From NCBI GenBank assembly GCA_964523985.1, contig CAZGBV010000002.1, positions 6 through 64,005 of the forward strand: a stretch of 64,000 bases of DNA, given 5' to 3'. The position numbers and the translations under genes are program-made. Positions 51,360-61,949 of the stretch are shown one piece after another (the first letter of the stretch is position 1; each line of letters begins with the position of its first letter). The stretch is from an uncultured Paraprevotella sp. (GTDB taxonomy: Bacteria > Bacteroidota > Bacteroidia > Bacteroidales > Bacteroidaceae). The notes beneath the pieces were generated by a model. It saw only the letters and a program-made list of their open reading frames with translations, was not told the origin of the DNA and did not search any database.

Positions 51360-51980
51360 TTAGAATAGGTAGGTGAGGCGCACCTGACACGTGTTGTTCT
51401 TCAAATCGAATTTCTTTTTCTCGACACCCACGTTGTCCTCCAGATTTCCGGTCTCTCCCAAGGTGATATTGTAGGTCACTCCTAATTGCAGGTGGCCGAG
51501 TATCGTCACGCCGCCTCCCACGTTCCAACTGAACGAAGAGCGTTTCAGTCTGCCGGCACTATCGTCCGCCGATACGTGCAGGTCACGGTGCCCCACGTAG
51601 TAGTTGTATTGCGGTCCTGTGGCCAAATACGCGCCAATCAAACTGTTGAATCCGTAATTGTATCTCAGGTTGACGGGAATTTCCACGTAAGACATAGATT
51701 TCTTAGAATAATATTCGCCGTCGTATTCCAACCTCATATACTTTTGGGAATAAAGGAGTGAAGCATCGATTCCCAGCCCGATTACAGGCATCATCACCTG
51801 CACTTTCGGACCGACGAACCACCCCGTGCGGTTGGAAAATCCGAAAGACCCTCGGCCTCCTTTTATGCTTGCCTTGCTCATGTTCACGCCGCCATCAAGC
51901 CCCCACTTGATTTGCGCACCGGCGGGTGTCGTCCACAGGAATGCCGCCACGCACACCAATGCCACACTTAGTTTCTTCAT
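51360..51980 (-). CDS. Outer-membrane beta-barrel (porin family) protein
   Basis: Signal peptide, YVEIPVNL, alternating beta strands, C-terminal YLF. Confidence 0.85.
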   Translation of the reverse strand: MKKLSVALVCVAAFLWTTPAGAQIKWGLDGGVNMSKASIKGGRGSFGFSNRTGWFVGPKVQVMMPVIGLGIDASLLYSQKYMRLEYDGEYYSKKSMSYVEIPVNLRYNYGFNSLIGAYLATGPQYNYYVGHRDLHVSADDSAGRLKRSSFSWNVGGGVTILGHLQLGVTYNITLGETGNLEDNVGVEKKKFDLKNNTCQVRLTYLF

Positions 51981-52067
51981 GAAGTTTGTTTTTATTCCTA
52001 TCGGGAAACAAAGATAGCAACAGTTTGCCGTACTGTCAACTTTTTCCGAAAATATATGTGTTCTTTG

Positions 52068-53156
52068 TCATCTGCGCTGTCTGCGCACGGTCACTCTAGG
52101 CGTGGAAGTTCCCGCATTGCCTGCATCACCCCGGCGTATTCTCGTGGAATTCTCCCTTTTCGCTTGTTTTACACCGTCGGATTGCATCGAAGTACGTCGC
52201 GACCTGCGTCCGTCCCGCGAGGTTTTCATCTTTTGCGTTTCCGTAGCCTCCTTGGCTATCGTGGAATCTGCCTTCACGGAGTCTTCATGCCCCCAAATAT
52301 GTTTCTCGAAGTCGGAAAGCTGTTTCTCTATCCGCTTCTGCTCGTCGGCCATGGCACTGTCCGTCTTGCAATAGTTGGCCAGCACCTTGCCCTGCAAATT
52401 GTTCGTCTTGTATATCTTCCCATCGTACAAGTTCATGGAAAAATAATCCGCCGCCGTCATGTTCGTCACATTGTTGTAGTTGCTCGCCATCATCGTGTGG
52501 TGGGTCAGATAGGTGCTGATGTCATCGTACTTGAGCCAGAACAAGGGATAAGGCGTAATCTCTCCACCGAAGTCGTCCCCGCGCATGAGCACCGGGCACA
52601 AAGCCACGACTTTCGTGTGGAACGTCGAGGTCTTTTGGTCGAAGCTGGAACTTTCCTTTATGTAAAAGCGTGAGACCTCGGCCGAGGGGATGTCACTCGC
52701 GTTCACACGCGGACGGCCGTTCTGCTCCTCGTAATAAATATGGTAGCGGTTCATCAGTTCCTTCACATCCACCTTGTCGCGTTGCGTAAACGACTCGTTG
52801 CCGTCAAGCCTATACTCGTATGCCGTTATTTTTCCCGTCAAGAGCAGGTCGAACAGATACGTGAACAGGTTCATTTGTCCGGCGGAAGGTTCCACCGGAT
52901 AATAGAGGGGAGCGTTTTTGTCCGACATCAAGTCCAGTTGGCGGTACACGTCGCGCCGCCACACCACGTCCTCCGGTACTTCCACCGCTGTGGGGAACTG
53001 TAGTTTCACGCGGTCGGCAACCTTCCCGGCGTTGCCCGCGTCGTTAAGTTTCACCCTATGCCGGGTCGGCTGCGCTTCGACCTGCAAGCACAGGGCGGTT
53101 CCCAACAAAACGAAAAACAGGAGTCTCATCCTTGTCTTGTTATTAACAGTCTTCAT
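52068..53156 (-). CDS. porN: T9SS component PorN/GldN
   Basis: DVVWRRDVYRQLDL..NAPLYYP, LCPV, PLFW; position in the operon. Confidence 0.9.
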   Translation of the reverse strand: MKTVNNKTRMRLLFFVLLGTALCLQVEAQPTRHRVKLNDAGNAGKVADRVKLQFPTAVEVPEDVVWRRDVYRQLDLMSDKNAPLYYPVEPSAGQMNLFTYLFDLLLTGKITAYEYRLDGNESFTQRDKVDVKELMNRYHIYYEEQNGRPRVNASDIPSAEVSRFYIKESSSFDQKTSTFHTKVVALCPVLMRGDDFGGEITPYPLFWLKYDDISTYLTHHTMMASNYNNVTNMTAADYFSMNLYDGKIYKTNNLQGKVLANYCKTDSAMADEQKRIEKQLSDFEKHIWGHEDSVKADSTIAKEATETQKMKTSRDGRRSRRTSMQSDGVKQAKRENSTRIRRGDAGNAGTSTPRVTVRRQRR

Positions 53157-53168
53157 TTCATTCGCTCA

Positions 53169-54731
53169 TTAGTTGACAATCACTTCCATGGAACCATTGA
53201 GTGTCCGTTCCGCCCCGTCAGGCCCTACGGCTCTTATGCGGGAGATGTAGAACCGTTTCCCACGTCCCAGCGAACGGAACATCATGCGCTGTCGTTCGGT
53301 GAAAGAAGCTCCGTCCGACACCGCCGGCACAGCGTTCCCCATATTGTCGAAAAACACCGTCTCGAACCCCAACACACAGAACTCGATATTCAGAAGGCCG
53401 TCATCGATGGCCGCTCCAATGCCTTTCGTCGCCATCAGTACTTGTTTGGACAAGCGTCCCCCGTGAAAGCGGTCGTTTCCGCCTTGGATTGCATACTCTA
53501 TGTAAGCCGAGGGGTCGGGAAGTTTGCGCACGTGGAATGTGAACTGTCCCATTTTCTGCATATGCCCCTCCATGTCGGCATTGACCGTTATCACGACATC
53601 CTTTCCAGCCTCCGCTGGCCGGGCTATGTATTTTCCTACCCCTAAGGGCTGAAGCACACCCCCACTCATGGAAGTCACAACCTTGTTGGCGGGGATGCCC
53701 GGGACGGAGACGCTCATGGGGTTCTCGTATCCGACGTAAAGCACATTCATCAAGTCCGCCGACACCGTAGCCGACGGAGCCACCACGGAATAAGGTTGCG
53801 AGAAGTCTCTGCGCACCATTTGCCCACGCCCGTCCATCATCTCGATGTGACCGTCAAGCGTAAAGTCGCCCGTATTCGTGCACACCGTCTCGTACAGCCC
53901 GTCGGGCGAGGATATTTGCCGACCGCCGATGTAAATTGCCGGCCGTTTGGTAGTGTCCACTGCTGCCATGATTATCCGTGCGCTGAATTTTCCGCCTTGC
54001 ACCACCGTGCGCGAGGACGGTATGACGAACGCGTTCAACTCGTTCACGCGCAAATCCTTGATGTCCACGTTGGCCGCCAAGGCATGAAGCACTTCTCCCT
54101 CGGCGTAGCGCACGTCGCTCTGCAACTTGGAAAGCAAGGTGACGGCCGCCGCCACAGGCATATTCTCGAACATATACTCCTGCCAGTTTTTCCCCAAGGT
54201 GCCGGCTTTTTTCGGCACCGCCGTGCTGAGGTTGTCCGCAATGATTTTCTTCTGCACTTCGTCCGCCAGCATGTCAATGATGCTTTCGCGGAAGGTGTTG
54301 ATTGCATCGAACAGCCTTTGCCCTTCGCCCCTGCGCGGTGCCAGCATCACTCGCGAAGTCGCCTCCAAGTCTTCCTTGTTCTTCACGTTTTTCACGTCGC
54401 CTTCCTCTCCATCTGCCTGTTTCACTATACTGACTTTCAACGCTTCCGCGTAATCATACAAGGAGTCCGAGATGCTTTTCACGTAGTGTGCCTTATCGAA
54501 CCATTCCTTCACTTTGGCCGGATTGGCTTCCATCTGTTCCCGCAAGTCCTCGTAGAGAGTCTCGTTGGAAACGGAAGCGTTCGCCGTGGTGCGCAGGAGG
54601 CTGTCTTCCACCAATGAAAAGCCGTTCAAGACATCGGAAGACACGTTCAAAGCCAGCATGGCCATCAGCACCACGTACATGAGGTTAATCATTTTTTGGC
54701 GCGGAGACATTCTGATTTTCCGGAATTCCAT
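53169..54731 (-). CDS. porM: T9SS motor component PorM/GldM
   Basis: SPRQKMINLMYVVLMAMLALNVS, FENMPVAAA.TLLSKLQ, MNVLY.GYENP. Confidence 0.95.
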   Translation of the reverse strand: MEFRKIRMSPRQKMINLMYVVLMAMLALNVSSDVLNGFSLVEDSLLRTTANASVSNETLYEDLREQMEANPAKVKEWFDKAHYVKSISDSLYDYAEALKVSIVKQADGEEGDVKNVKNKEDLEATSRVMLAPRRGEGQRLFDAINTFRESIIDMLADEVQKKIIADNLSTAVPKKAGTLGKNWQEYMFENMPVAAAVTLLSKLQSDVRYAEGEVLHALAANVDIKDLRVNELNAFVIPSSRTVVQGGKFSARIIMAAVDTTKRPAIYIGGRQISSPDGLYETVCTNTGDFTLDGHIEMMDGRGQMVRRDFSQPYSVVAPSATVSADLMNVLYVGYENPMSVSVPGIPANKVVTSMSGGVLQPLGVGKYIARPAEAGKDVVITVNADMEGHMQKMGQFTFHVRKLPDPSAYIEYAIQGGNDRFHGGRLSKQVLMATKGIGAAIDDGLLNIEFCVLGFETVFFDNMGNAVPAVSDGASFTERQRMMFRSLGRGKRFYISRIRAVGPDGAERTLNGSMEVIVN

Positions 54732-54748
54732 TTCGCGTTCCTTTCCTA

Positions 54749-55675
54749 TTAATCCGTTCGTCCCGTTGCCGATCCGCCCGGCGCGTATTTCATGTTCACC
54801 GTCATGGCTTGTATCATGCGGTTGTAGATGGCGTTCAGTTCTTCTATCTGGTGCGCCATCTTGCGTGTCTGCTCGTTGATTTGGTCTATCGTGCCCACTT
54901 GGGTGCTGATGCTTTTCAGTTGCATCTCGTATATCGTGTTGATGCCCGTCAGCGTGCGGTTCAGGTTATCCATCTCCTTGGCATCGCGTGTCATGCGTTC
55001 GGCTTGTTCGGACACGTGCGCCAAAGTCTCGGTCAGAGCCTTCAGTTCTTCCACGTATCTTTCGGTCGCCTCTTTCATTTCGGGTGTGGCGGCAAGGCGT
55101 GCGTCTTCAAGCACTTTGGCGAAGAGCTCTGCGTTGACAGCGTTCACCATGTCAGCCAAAACCTTTACGTCTGGTTGTTGTCCGGTGCGTCCCTGTGTGA
55201 TGTCCACCGGACTGGTGGATTCCGTGCTTGCCATGGCCGCGGAGTGGGAAAGATGGGTTTCACCGCCTCCTCCGCTGATGACGACCGTTCCCCCCACGAC
55301 GATGGGTTGTGACTCCCCATCGCTCGCCGCGTCCGTCCGGTGTTCTCCTTTTCGCAAGGTTTCTGTCTGGTATTCAGTCTCGTCAGCTGGCTCTTCCCTC
55401 CATCCTCCGTCCCCTGCAACTGCTCTGGCCCGTTCCTTCTCCTGTTTCAGTCGCTCCGGGTTGTCGAAGCCGGAAATGAAGAACACCAGAACTTCCGTTC
55501 CCATGCCGATGAACAGCATCGCGTTGGCTCCTGGAATGTGGGTCAGCTTGAACAGCGCACCGAGGATGACCACAGCCGCCCCCCAGCTATATGCGTAATT
55601 CAGGAACGTCTGGCCGGGCACTGATTCTATCCATTCCTGGATGCGGATGATAATGTTTTTCCCGTTCTTAGCCAT
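54749..55675 (-). CDS. porL: T9SS motor component PorL/GldL
   Basis: YSWGAAVVILGALFKLTH, GMGTEVLVFFISGF, C-terminal LNAIYNRMIQAM. Confidence 0.95.
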   Translation of the reverse strand: MAKNGKNIIIRIQEWIESVPGQTFLNYAYSWGAAVVILGALFKLTHIPGANAMLFIGMGTEVLVFFISGFDNPERLKQEKERARAVAGDGGWREEPADETEYQTETLRKGEHRTDAASDGESQPIVVGGTVVISGGGGETHLSHSAAMASTESTSPVDITQGRTGQQPDVKVLADMVNAVNAELFAKVLEDARLAATPEMKEATERYVEELKALTETLAHVSEQAERMTRDAKEMDNLNRTLTGINTIYEMQLKSISTQVGTIDQINEQTRKMAHQIEELNAIYNRMIQAMTVNMKYAPGGSATGRTD

Positions 55676-55695
55676 ATCACTACCTCTTTTGTCTT

Positions 55696-57126
55696 TTATT
55701 TACGCTTATTGGTTGTTCCCGTCACGGAACGCACGCAACGGAAGCCGATGAAAGAACGCGGCTGGTTTTGGTATTCATACGAACGCCACACGGAACGTAT
55801 CATGGACTCCGGGTCTTTCCAGGAGCCGCCCCTCACCGATTTCTTTTTCAAGCGGTAAGGGTCTTCTTTCGCGGCGTTGTATTTCTGTTCCGGGTTCATG
55901 TCGCTCATGTTGTCCACTCCCGACTCGGTGTACACCGTACTTGTCCATTCCGCCACGTTCCCCGCCATGTCGAACAGGCCGCTGGAATTGGCCGAATACG
56001 ACCCACATTTGGACGTTATCAAGCTTCCGTCTTCGGTATAGTCGCCGCGGTCGGGCTTGAAGTTGGCAAAGTAACAGTTCTTCTCGCTCTTCACTCCTTT
56101 CGTTTCCCAAGGGAACATATTGCCTTCCGAGCCGCGTGCGGCAAATTCCCATTCTACCTCCGTCGGAAGGCGGTAGGGTTGTATCTGGTCGGCGGCCGCA
56201 CCCATGCCACGTTTCAGGAATTCCGTGCGCCAGTTGCAAAAAGCATTGGCCTGTTCCCATGTCACGCCCACTACCGGATAATCGTTGTAGGCCGGACTGG
56301 AGAAATACTGTAGCATATATCGTTCATTCTCGGCGTTGGAGAAATCGTTTACCCAACACGTCGTGTCGGGATAGACGTTCACGATGTAAGTGTTCAAGAA
56401 ATCATACAGTCCGGAGAGCGGGCGGTTGACGGTCTCGCGCACGATACGGCCCTCGTCGTCTATGTAGGCCGTGTCCTTGGAAATCATGACCGTTTCGTCG
56501 GCATTCACGGTATGGTCGGTGTTCAAGTCGCGCTCCTCTGCTATCAAGCGGTTTTTGCGCAAAGCGGCCGCAGTACGGTCGAATACCTCGTAACGATAGT
56601 TCATCTGGCGCACGTCGAGCATCTTTTCCCCCGTGACCGGGTTCGTCACGTATACGCTCTCTATCGCCCTCTGCTCGTCTTCGTTCGGGCGTTTCCAGGG
56701 TATGGGCTTCTTCCAGTTCAGGTAAGGGATGACGGGATTGCCATACTTGTCCTCTTCTACCTTGTAGGTCTCGTCGCCCGCGTAAGCAGGGTCGGCCAAA
56801 CGTTCGCGGATGATGGAGTCGCGCACCCAGTAGACGAACTGGCGGTATTTGGCATTCGACACTTCGTTGGCATCCATCCAGAAGCCGTCCACCGAAATTT
56901 CCCTCGTGGGAATACTCATTCCCCACAAGGTGTCGGTTTCTTCCGTGCCGATTTTCAACGAACCTTTCTTCACAAATACCATCCCGTAGGGAGTCGGTTC
57001 ACTGTAAGCCGTCCCTCCGATGCCGGTGACTTCCCCGCCCGTGGCGGTGGATGCCGTACGGGGACTCAGGCAAGAGGCGAGTGCCAGCCCTGCCATTACT
57101 CCCGATATTAACCCGCAACACTTCAT
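55696..57126 (-). CDS. porK: T9SS lipoprotein PorK/GldK
   Basis: Lipobox LASC, FGE-sulfatase-like motifs YPVVGVTW, RLPTEVEWE, DMAGNVAEW, RGGSW, IGFRC. Confidence 0.94.
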   Translation of the reverse strand: MKCCGLISGVMAGLALASCLSPRTASTATGGEVTGIGGTAYSEPTPYGMVFVKKGSLKIGTEETDTLWGMSIPTREISVDGFWMDANEVSNAKYRQFVYWVRDSIIRERLADPAYAGDETYKVEEDKYGNPVIPYLNWKKPIPWKRPNEDEQRAIESVYVTNPVTGEKMLDVRQMNYRYEVFDRTAAALRKNRLIAEERDLNTDHTVNADETVMISKDTAYIDDEGRIVRETVNRPLSGLYDFLNTYIVNVYPDTTCWVNDFSNAENERYMLQYFSSPAYNDYPVVGVTWEQANAFCNWRTEFLKRGMGAAADQIQPYRLPTEVEWEFAARGSEGNMFPWETKGVKSEKNCYFANFKPDRGDYTEDGSLITSKCGSYSANSSGLFDMAGNVAEWTSTVYTESGVDNMSDMNPEQKYNAAKEDPYRLKKKSVRGGSWKDPESMIRSVWRSYEYQNQPRSFIGFRCVRSVTGTTNKRK

Positions 57127-57147
57127 ATAATATACGTCATTATAAGA

Positions 57148-58113
57148 TTACAATATTCTCACGCTCTCGTGTTTGTTCTTTCCTTTCTTGAACAAGTCCA
57201 ACTCCGTCTTGTAGCCGACGATGATTTCATGGCTTCCGTTCAACGCCCCGACACCGCCCGTGTACATCTCATAGGCGTAACCGAGATCCACGCCGTGGAA
57301 GTTTCCCCCGAACAGGAAACTGACGGAATTAGACGGGCTGTATGACACGCCTCCATACAGTTCGTGCCTGTTGCCGTGGTAGGCGACGCGCCACGTCACG
57401 TCCGCCCGGAAACCGACCGCATCGGAACGCAACATTGCATTCGCGTATATAATATATAACGGGCTTTTGAGTCGGATATTGTATCCACCCGTCAAATAAT
57501 AAGATGGCGAGACCTTGAATTCGTTCGCCTTTTCCTCTCCCAACGAGATGGTGGGCGAGGTGCAGTGCATCATCGCCGCGCCGACGTACCACGACTTGCC
57601 GGCGTATTGGATGCCGAAATTTATGTCGATGCCCACCCCGTCGACCTCCGTTGTGGGGAACGCAGGGTCTCCGGTCTCCCCCAAGTCCAAGCTTTCCCCG
57701 TCGAAAGTTTCGCTGAGCATGGACAGATGAATGCCACCACTCAGCTTGCCTCCCCACAAAGGTTGGTGATAGGCATATTGCAGGTAAAATTTCTGATGCT
57801 TGAATAGGCCTATCTGGTCGTTAGTGAACCCCACCCCGACCCCGTGTCTTGCGCTGATGAAAAACAGCGGCAAGTCGGCGTAGGCGTACATCACGGTGGG
57901 AGCATTCTCGAAGCCGGTCATCTGCGTGCTGTACGCTCCCCGGAAGTTCAGCATGGCCTCCTGTCCCGTCGCCGCCGGATTGTAAAAGGCCGTCATGGCC
58001 CAATAGTTGACAAAAGACGGGTCGTACTGAGCCTTTGCCTTTCCAGACGACAGGCTCAGCACAAAGATAATCCCTACCAGTTTCGTTCCTGTTCTCACTG
58101 TCTTTCCGACCAC
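57148..58113 (-). CDS. porP: T9SS beta-barrel PorP/SprF
   Basis: AQYDP..YNPA, Q.TGF.NAP, GYAYE, GSHEI; first gene of porP-K-L-M-N. Confidence 0.9.
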   Translation of the reverse strand: MVGKTVRTGTKLVGIIFVLSLSSGKAKAQYDPSFVNYWAMTAFYNPAATGQEAMLNFRGAYSTQMTGFENAPTVMYAYADLPLFFISARHGVGVGFTNDQIGLFKHQKFYLQYAYHQPLWGGKLSGGIHLSMLSETFDGESLDLGETGDPAFPTTEVDGVGIDINFGIQYAGKSWYVGAAMMHCTSPTISLGEEKANEFKVSPSYYLTGGYNIRLKSPLYIIYANAMLRSDAVGFRADVTWRVAYHGNRHELYGGVSYSPSNSVSFLFGGNFHGVDLGYAYEMYTGGVGALNGSHEIIVGYKTELDLFKKGKNKHESVRIL

Positions 58114-58638
58114 CTTATTTTAAGGAAACTAAATCTTTCCTTTTTTATTGCCTGACACGGTGCAAAAATCATCGTTTTTGACATGATTCGCCCGACAATG
58201 CAAACCGACAGCCGAACGGTCTGAGGATAACGGCCTTGTTCCCATGGAATCTCAACATTTTCAAGGCTAGTGATTCATCGTATGCCCCGAAGTACGAAAG
58301 GTCTTTCGACAGAAAATACGGGAAAAAGAGCCAAGAAAAAGGCGGATTATTACGCGACAAAAAACGTATATTTGCTGACAGATGCCGTGCAACGGGATTT
58401 GGGGCGACCTTGCTTGAATTGCGGCATCGACAGGATGAAGTTCGGACAAGCCGCCACGAGCGGACAAAACCTGCGCTTGGTCACAAAACTTGAAACACTG
58501 GCCAATCTGGGCGATGCCATCAAGGCTAGAATCAAGTTCACGATAGATGTTAAGAAGACAGGAAAGAAAGCGTTGGAAAGCATCGCCTTCTTTGTCTATT
58601 ATTTTAACTGACCATGTGAGGCGAGTCCGGTTCTCAGG

Positions 58639-59871
58639 TCATTTTCGCTTTAACACGCTGTTCATCACGCGTATCGATGATACCAGCTTGCCCGTGGAGG
58701 TAAACACGTCCACGTTCCACACATGCGAGGAACGCCCCTTGTGCACGATTGTGGCGACAGCTCTCACCGTGTCTCCCTCATGAGCCGAGGAGATATGGTT
58801 GCCGCTCACCTGCATCCCCACCACGAACTCGTCGGAATTGCATACCACCATCGATCCGAACCCGGCCACCGTTTCCGCCAAAGCCAGCGTGGCTCCGCCG
58901 TGCAAGATGCCGAAAGGCTGGCGCGTACGGTGGTCTACTGGCATGGTGGCTTCTATGCGTTCGTGGGAAGCGTAAGTGTATTGTATACCCAAGTTTCCCA
59001 TCAACGTGGTTCGCGCCTGAGCGTTCAGCGCGTCGAGCGGTATCGCGTTCTCGCGCACTTCCGCCAAAAAAGCATTTTCCACCGCCACCGCCACGCCGTC
59101 TTCGTTGTTCGAAAGTGTCACGTAATCAGCGCAACGTTTCACCGAATCCGGAGCATTGCCCATAGCGATACCCAAATCGGCCAGTTGCAACATGGTCACA
59201 TCGGCCACACCGTCGCCGAACACCACAATCTCGTCAGTCTTGATGCTCTCCTTTTCCATAATGACACCCAGCGTGTTGGCCTTGTCTACCCGGCTACCCA
59301 CTACTTCAAGGAAGAACGGCTCGGAGCGGAACACATCCAACATGCCGTTCAATCGGCGTTTCCAGTGGCCTTCCAATTCCACCAAAGCCTCCTCGTCATC
59401 GCTCACCAACATACATTTACAGGGAGGGTAGTCTATCGCCGCGGAGAAGAACTCCTGATAATCCAGCTTCATGCCGTTCAAATCCGCCTCAGCCTTCACG
59501 TGCGGGTCGTCCGGATTGTTCGTCACTACCGTGTCGCCGTTGTAGGTGAGAATCGAGAAGCCGTTCTTATTGGCTTTCTTCTCCAGATACGCGATATATT
59601 CGAGATTGATGCGACGTTCGAACACCACTTCCCCGTTGGAAGCGTTGATAACCTGCCCTCCGTTGTAAGAGAGAACGTAGCCGCCATACGTACCTAATTC
59701 CAGTTGCTTGGCCAACGGCAACAGGCCGTAAGTGGGACGACCCGATGCCAACATGATGCGCACACCCATCTGTTGCACTTTGAGCAAGGTGTTCAGTGTC
59801 CGCTTGCTAATTTCTTTCTTGTCGTTCAACAGTGTTCCGTCCACGTCGAGCACCAACATCTTGTACTTCAT
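58639..59871 (-). CDS. Cof-type HAD-IIB hydrolase fused to a PaaI/MenI-like hotdog thioesterase
   Basis: DVDGTLL, ASGR, GDGVAD..AMGNA; C-terminal QPFGILHGGATLALAET; start ATG 59871. Confidence 0.9.
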   Translation of the reverse strand: MKYKMLVLDVDGTLLNDKKEISKRTLNTLLKVQQMGVRIMLASGRPTYGLLPLAKQLELGTYGGYVLSYNGGQVINASNGEVVFERRINLEYIAYLEKKANKNGFSILTYNGDTVVTNNPDDPHVKAEADLNGMKLDYQEFFSAAIDYPPCKCMLVSDDEEALVELEGHWKRRLNGMLDVFRSEPFFLEVVGSRVDKANTLGVIMEKESIKTDEIVVFGDGVADVTMLQLADLGIAMGNAPDSVKRCADYVTLSNNEDGVAVAVENAFLAEVRENAIPLDALNAQARTTLMGNLGIQYTYASHERIEATMPVDHRTRQPFGILHGGATLALAETVAGFGSMVVCNSDEFVVGMQVSGNHISSAHEGDTVRAVATIVHKGRSSHVWNVDVFTSTGKLVSSIRVMNSVLKRK

Positions 59872-60191
59872 ACGCCACGCTTTTTTGTTCTTGTACACAA
59901 AGGTACGTAAAAAACGGGATTTTCGCACCCGGTGCGCAAGAAAAATAGTGGAAACTCTTCAAAAAGGAGCAAGAGAATGGTCAACTCATCGTGAAACTTC
60001 CTTTTTGGTCTCGGGGCAATCTCCCGTGTGCCTCATACCCATGCAAAGCGATAAAAATCATAGAGTCGCCCTAAAAAGTTGATGCGGACACTTAACGAAA
60101 TGCTGAAAATTGATTATCTTTGCAACGAAGTGGAACGCGAGTCATAAGGGAAGACCGCGTTGTGTATGTTTACCTATAAAGAAGTATAATT

Positions 60192-60893
60192 ATGGTTTAT
60201 TCGCACGAAGTAGAAAACATGTGTTGCGTCGCCAAAGGCCCGAACCACGGGCCAGCTCCCATCCCCGAAGAAGGCAAATGGGTACAGGCAAAAGAAATCA
60301 AAGACATCTCGGGTTTGACACACGGTATTGGATGGTGTGCCCCCCAGCAGGGAGCTTGCAAACTGACACTGAACGTGAAAGAAGGCATCATACAAGAATG
60401 TCTGGTGGAAACCATCGGATGCTCCGGCATGACCCACTCCGCTGCCATGGCTTCTGAGATTCTTCCGGGCAAGACTATCTTGGAAGCGTTGAACACCGAC
60501 TTGGTTTGCGATGCCATCAACACGGCCATGCGCGAATTGTTCCTCCAAATCGTTTACGGTCGCACACAGTCGGCATTCTCCGATGGAGGACTGATGATTG
60601 GTGCCGGGTTGGAAGATCTGGGCAAGGGGTTGCGCAGTCAGACCGGCACTCTTTACGGCACGTTGGCTAAAGGCACGCGTTATCTGGAACTGACCGAGGG
60701 TTATATCACCAAGATGTTCCTTGACAAGGACAGTCAGGTATGCGGTTACGAGTTCGTGCACATGGGCAAGTTCATGGAGGCTGTCAAGAAAGGCGTACCG
60801 GCGGATGAAGCCCTGAAATCCGTGACGGGAACATACGGACGCACGAAGCCTGAACAAGGAGTTGTTAAATCTATTGACCCACGCAAAGAATAA
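60192..60893 (+). CDS. NifU_N/IscU-like protein (GGGtGRT-associated)
   Basis: HGIGWCAPQQGACKLTL, ETIGCSGMTHS, DLVCDAI; promoter TATCTTTG at 60115-60122. Confidence 0.82.
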   Translation: MVYSHEVENMCCVAKGPNHGPAPIPEEGKWVQAKEIKDISGLTHGIGWCAPQQGACKLTLNVKEGIIQECLVETIGCSGMTHSAAMASEILPGKTILEALNTDLVCDAINTAMRELFLQIVYGRTQSAFSDGGLMIGAGLEDLGKGLRSQTGTLYGTLAKGTRYLELTEGYITKMFLDKDSQVCGYEFVHMGKFMEAVKKGVPADEALKSVTGTYGRTKPEQGVVKSIDPRKE

Positions 60894-60910
60894 TAAGGAG
60901 GAACCGGATT

Positions 60911-61921
60911 ATGATTAGAGAAGTGAAATTTGAAAGTCAGGACCGCCGCATCAAGCAGATTTTGGTTGCGTTGAACGAGAACGGCATTAAAGATATTGAA
61001 GAGGCTAACGAAATCTGCGAAAGGGCGGGGTTGGATCCTTACAAGACATGCGAGGAGACACAGATGATTTGTTTCGAGAACGCGAAGTGGGCTTACGTGA
61101 CAGGGGCGGCTATCGCATTGAAGAAAGGATGCAAGAACGCTGCCGACGCGGCGGAAGCCATCGGCATCGGCTTGCAATCGTTCTGCATTCCCGGCTCTGT
61201 GGCCGACGACCGCAAAGTAGGCCTCGGCCATGGCAACTTGGCTGCCCGCCTGCTCCGCGAGGAAACTCAGTGCTTCGCCTTCCTTGCAGGCCATGAATCT
61301 TTCGCCGCCGCCGAAGGTGCCATCAAGATTGCCGAAATGGCTAACAAGGTGCGAAAGAACCCGTTGCGTTGCATTCTGAACGGATTGGGCAAGGATGCCG
61401 CCATGATTATATCGCGCATCAACGGCTTCACTTACGTACAGACCAAGTTCGACTATTTCACAGGGAAACTGGAAGTGGTGAGGGAAATCCCTTACTCCGA
61501 CAGTCCGCGCGCCAAGGTGAAATGTTACGGTGCCGACGACGTGCGCGAAGGCGTGGCTATCCTGTGGAAGGAAAACGTGGATGTCTCTATTACGGGCAAC
61601 TCCACTAATCCGACACGCTTCCAGCATCCCGTGGCCGGCACCTACAAGAAAGAACGTATATTGGCAGGCAAACCTTATTTTTCGGTGGCTTCGGGCGGCG
61701 GCACGGGTCGCACATTGCACCCTGACAACATGGCCGCAGGCCCGGCTTCTTACGGGATGACAGACACGCTTGGGCGTATGCACTCCGATGCCCAGTTCGC
61801 GGGTTCTTCTTCAGTTCCCGCACACGTGGAAATGATGGGCTTCCTCGGCATCGGCAACAATCCGATGGTGGGTTGCACGGTGGCTTGCGCCGTGAACGTG
61901 GCCTTAGCCCTGAACAAGTGA
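60911..61921 (+). CDS. GGGtGRT protein (function unknown)
   Basis: SVASGGGTGRTLHPDN signature; FLAGHESFAAAEGA. Confidence 0.93.
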   Translation: MIREVKFESQDRRIKQILVALNENGIKDIEEANEICERAGLDPYKTCEETQMICFENAKWAYVTGAAIALKKGCKNAADAAEAIGIGLQSFCIPGSVADDRKVGLGHGNLAARLLREETQCFAFLAGHESFAAAEGAIKIAEMANKVRKNPLRCILNGLGKDAAMIISRINGFTYVQTKFDYFTGKLEVVREIPYSDSPRAKVKCYGADDVREGVAILWKENVDVSITGNSTNPTRFQHPVAGTYKKERILAGKPYFSVASGGGTGRTLHPDNMAAGPASYGMTDTLGRMHSDAQFAGSSSVPAHVEMMGFLGIGNNPMVGCTVACAVNVALALNK

Positions 61922-61949
61922 ATGGGGAGCGACGTAACAGGAAAAACAG

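Noticed and set aside
52068-58113. gldKLMN as evidence of gliding motility
   Set aside because: The porP-K-L-M-N order is the standard T9SS core, also found in non-motile Bacteroidales; no gliding-specific genes are in the window.
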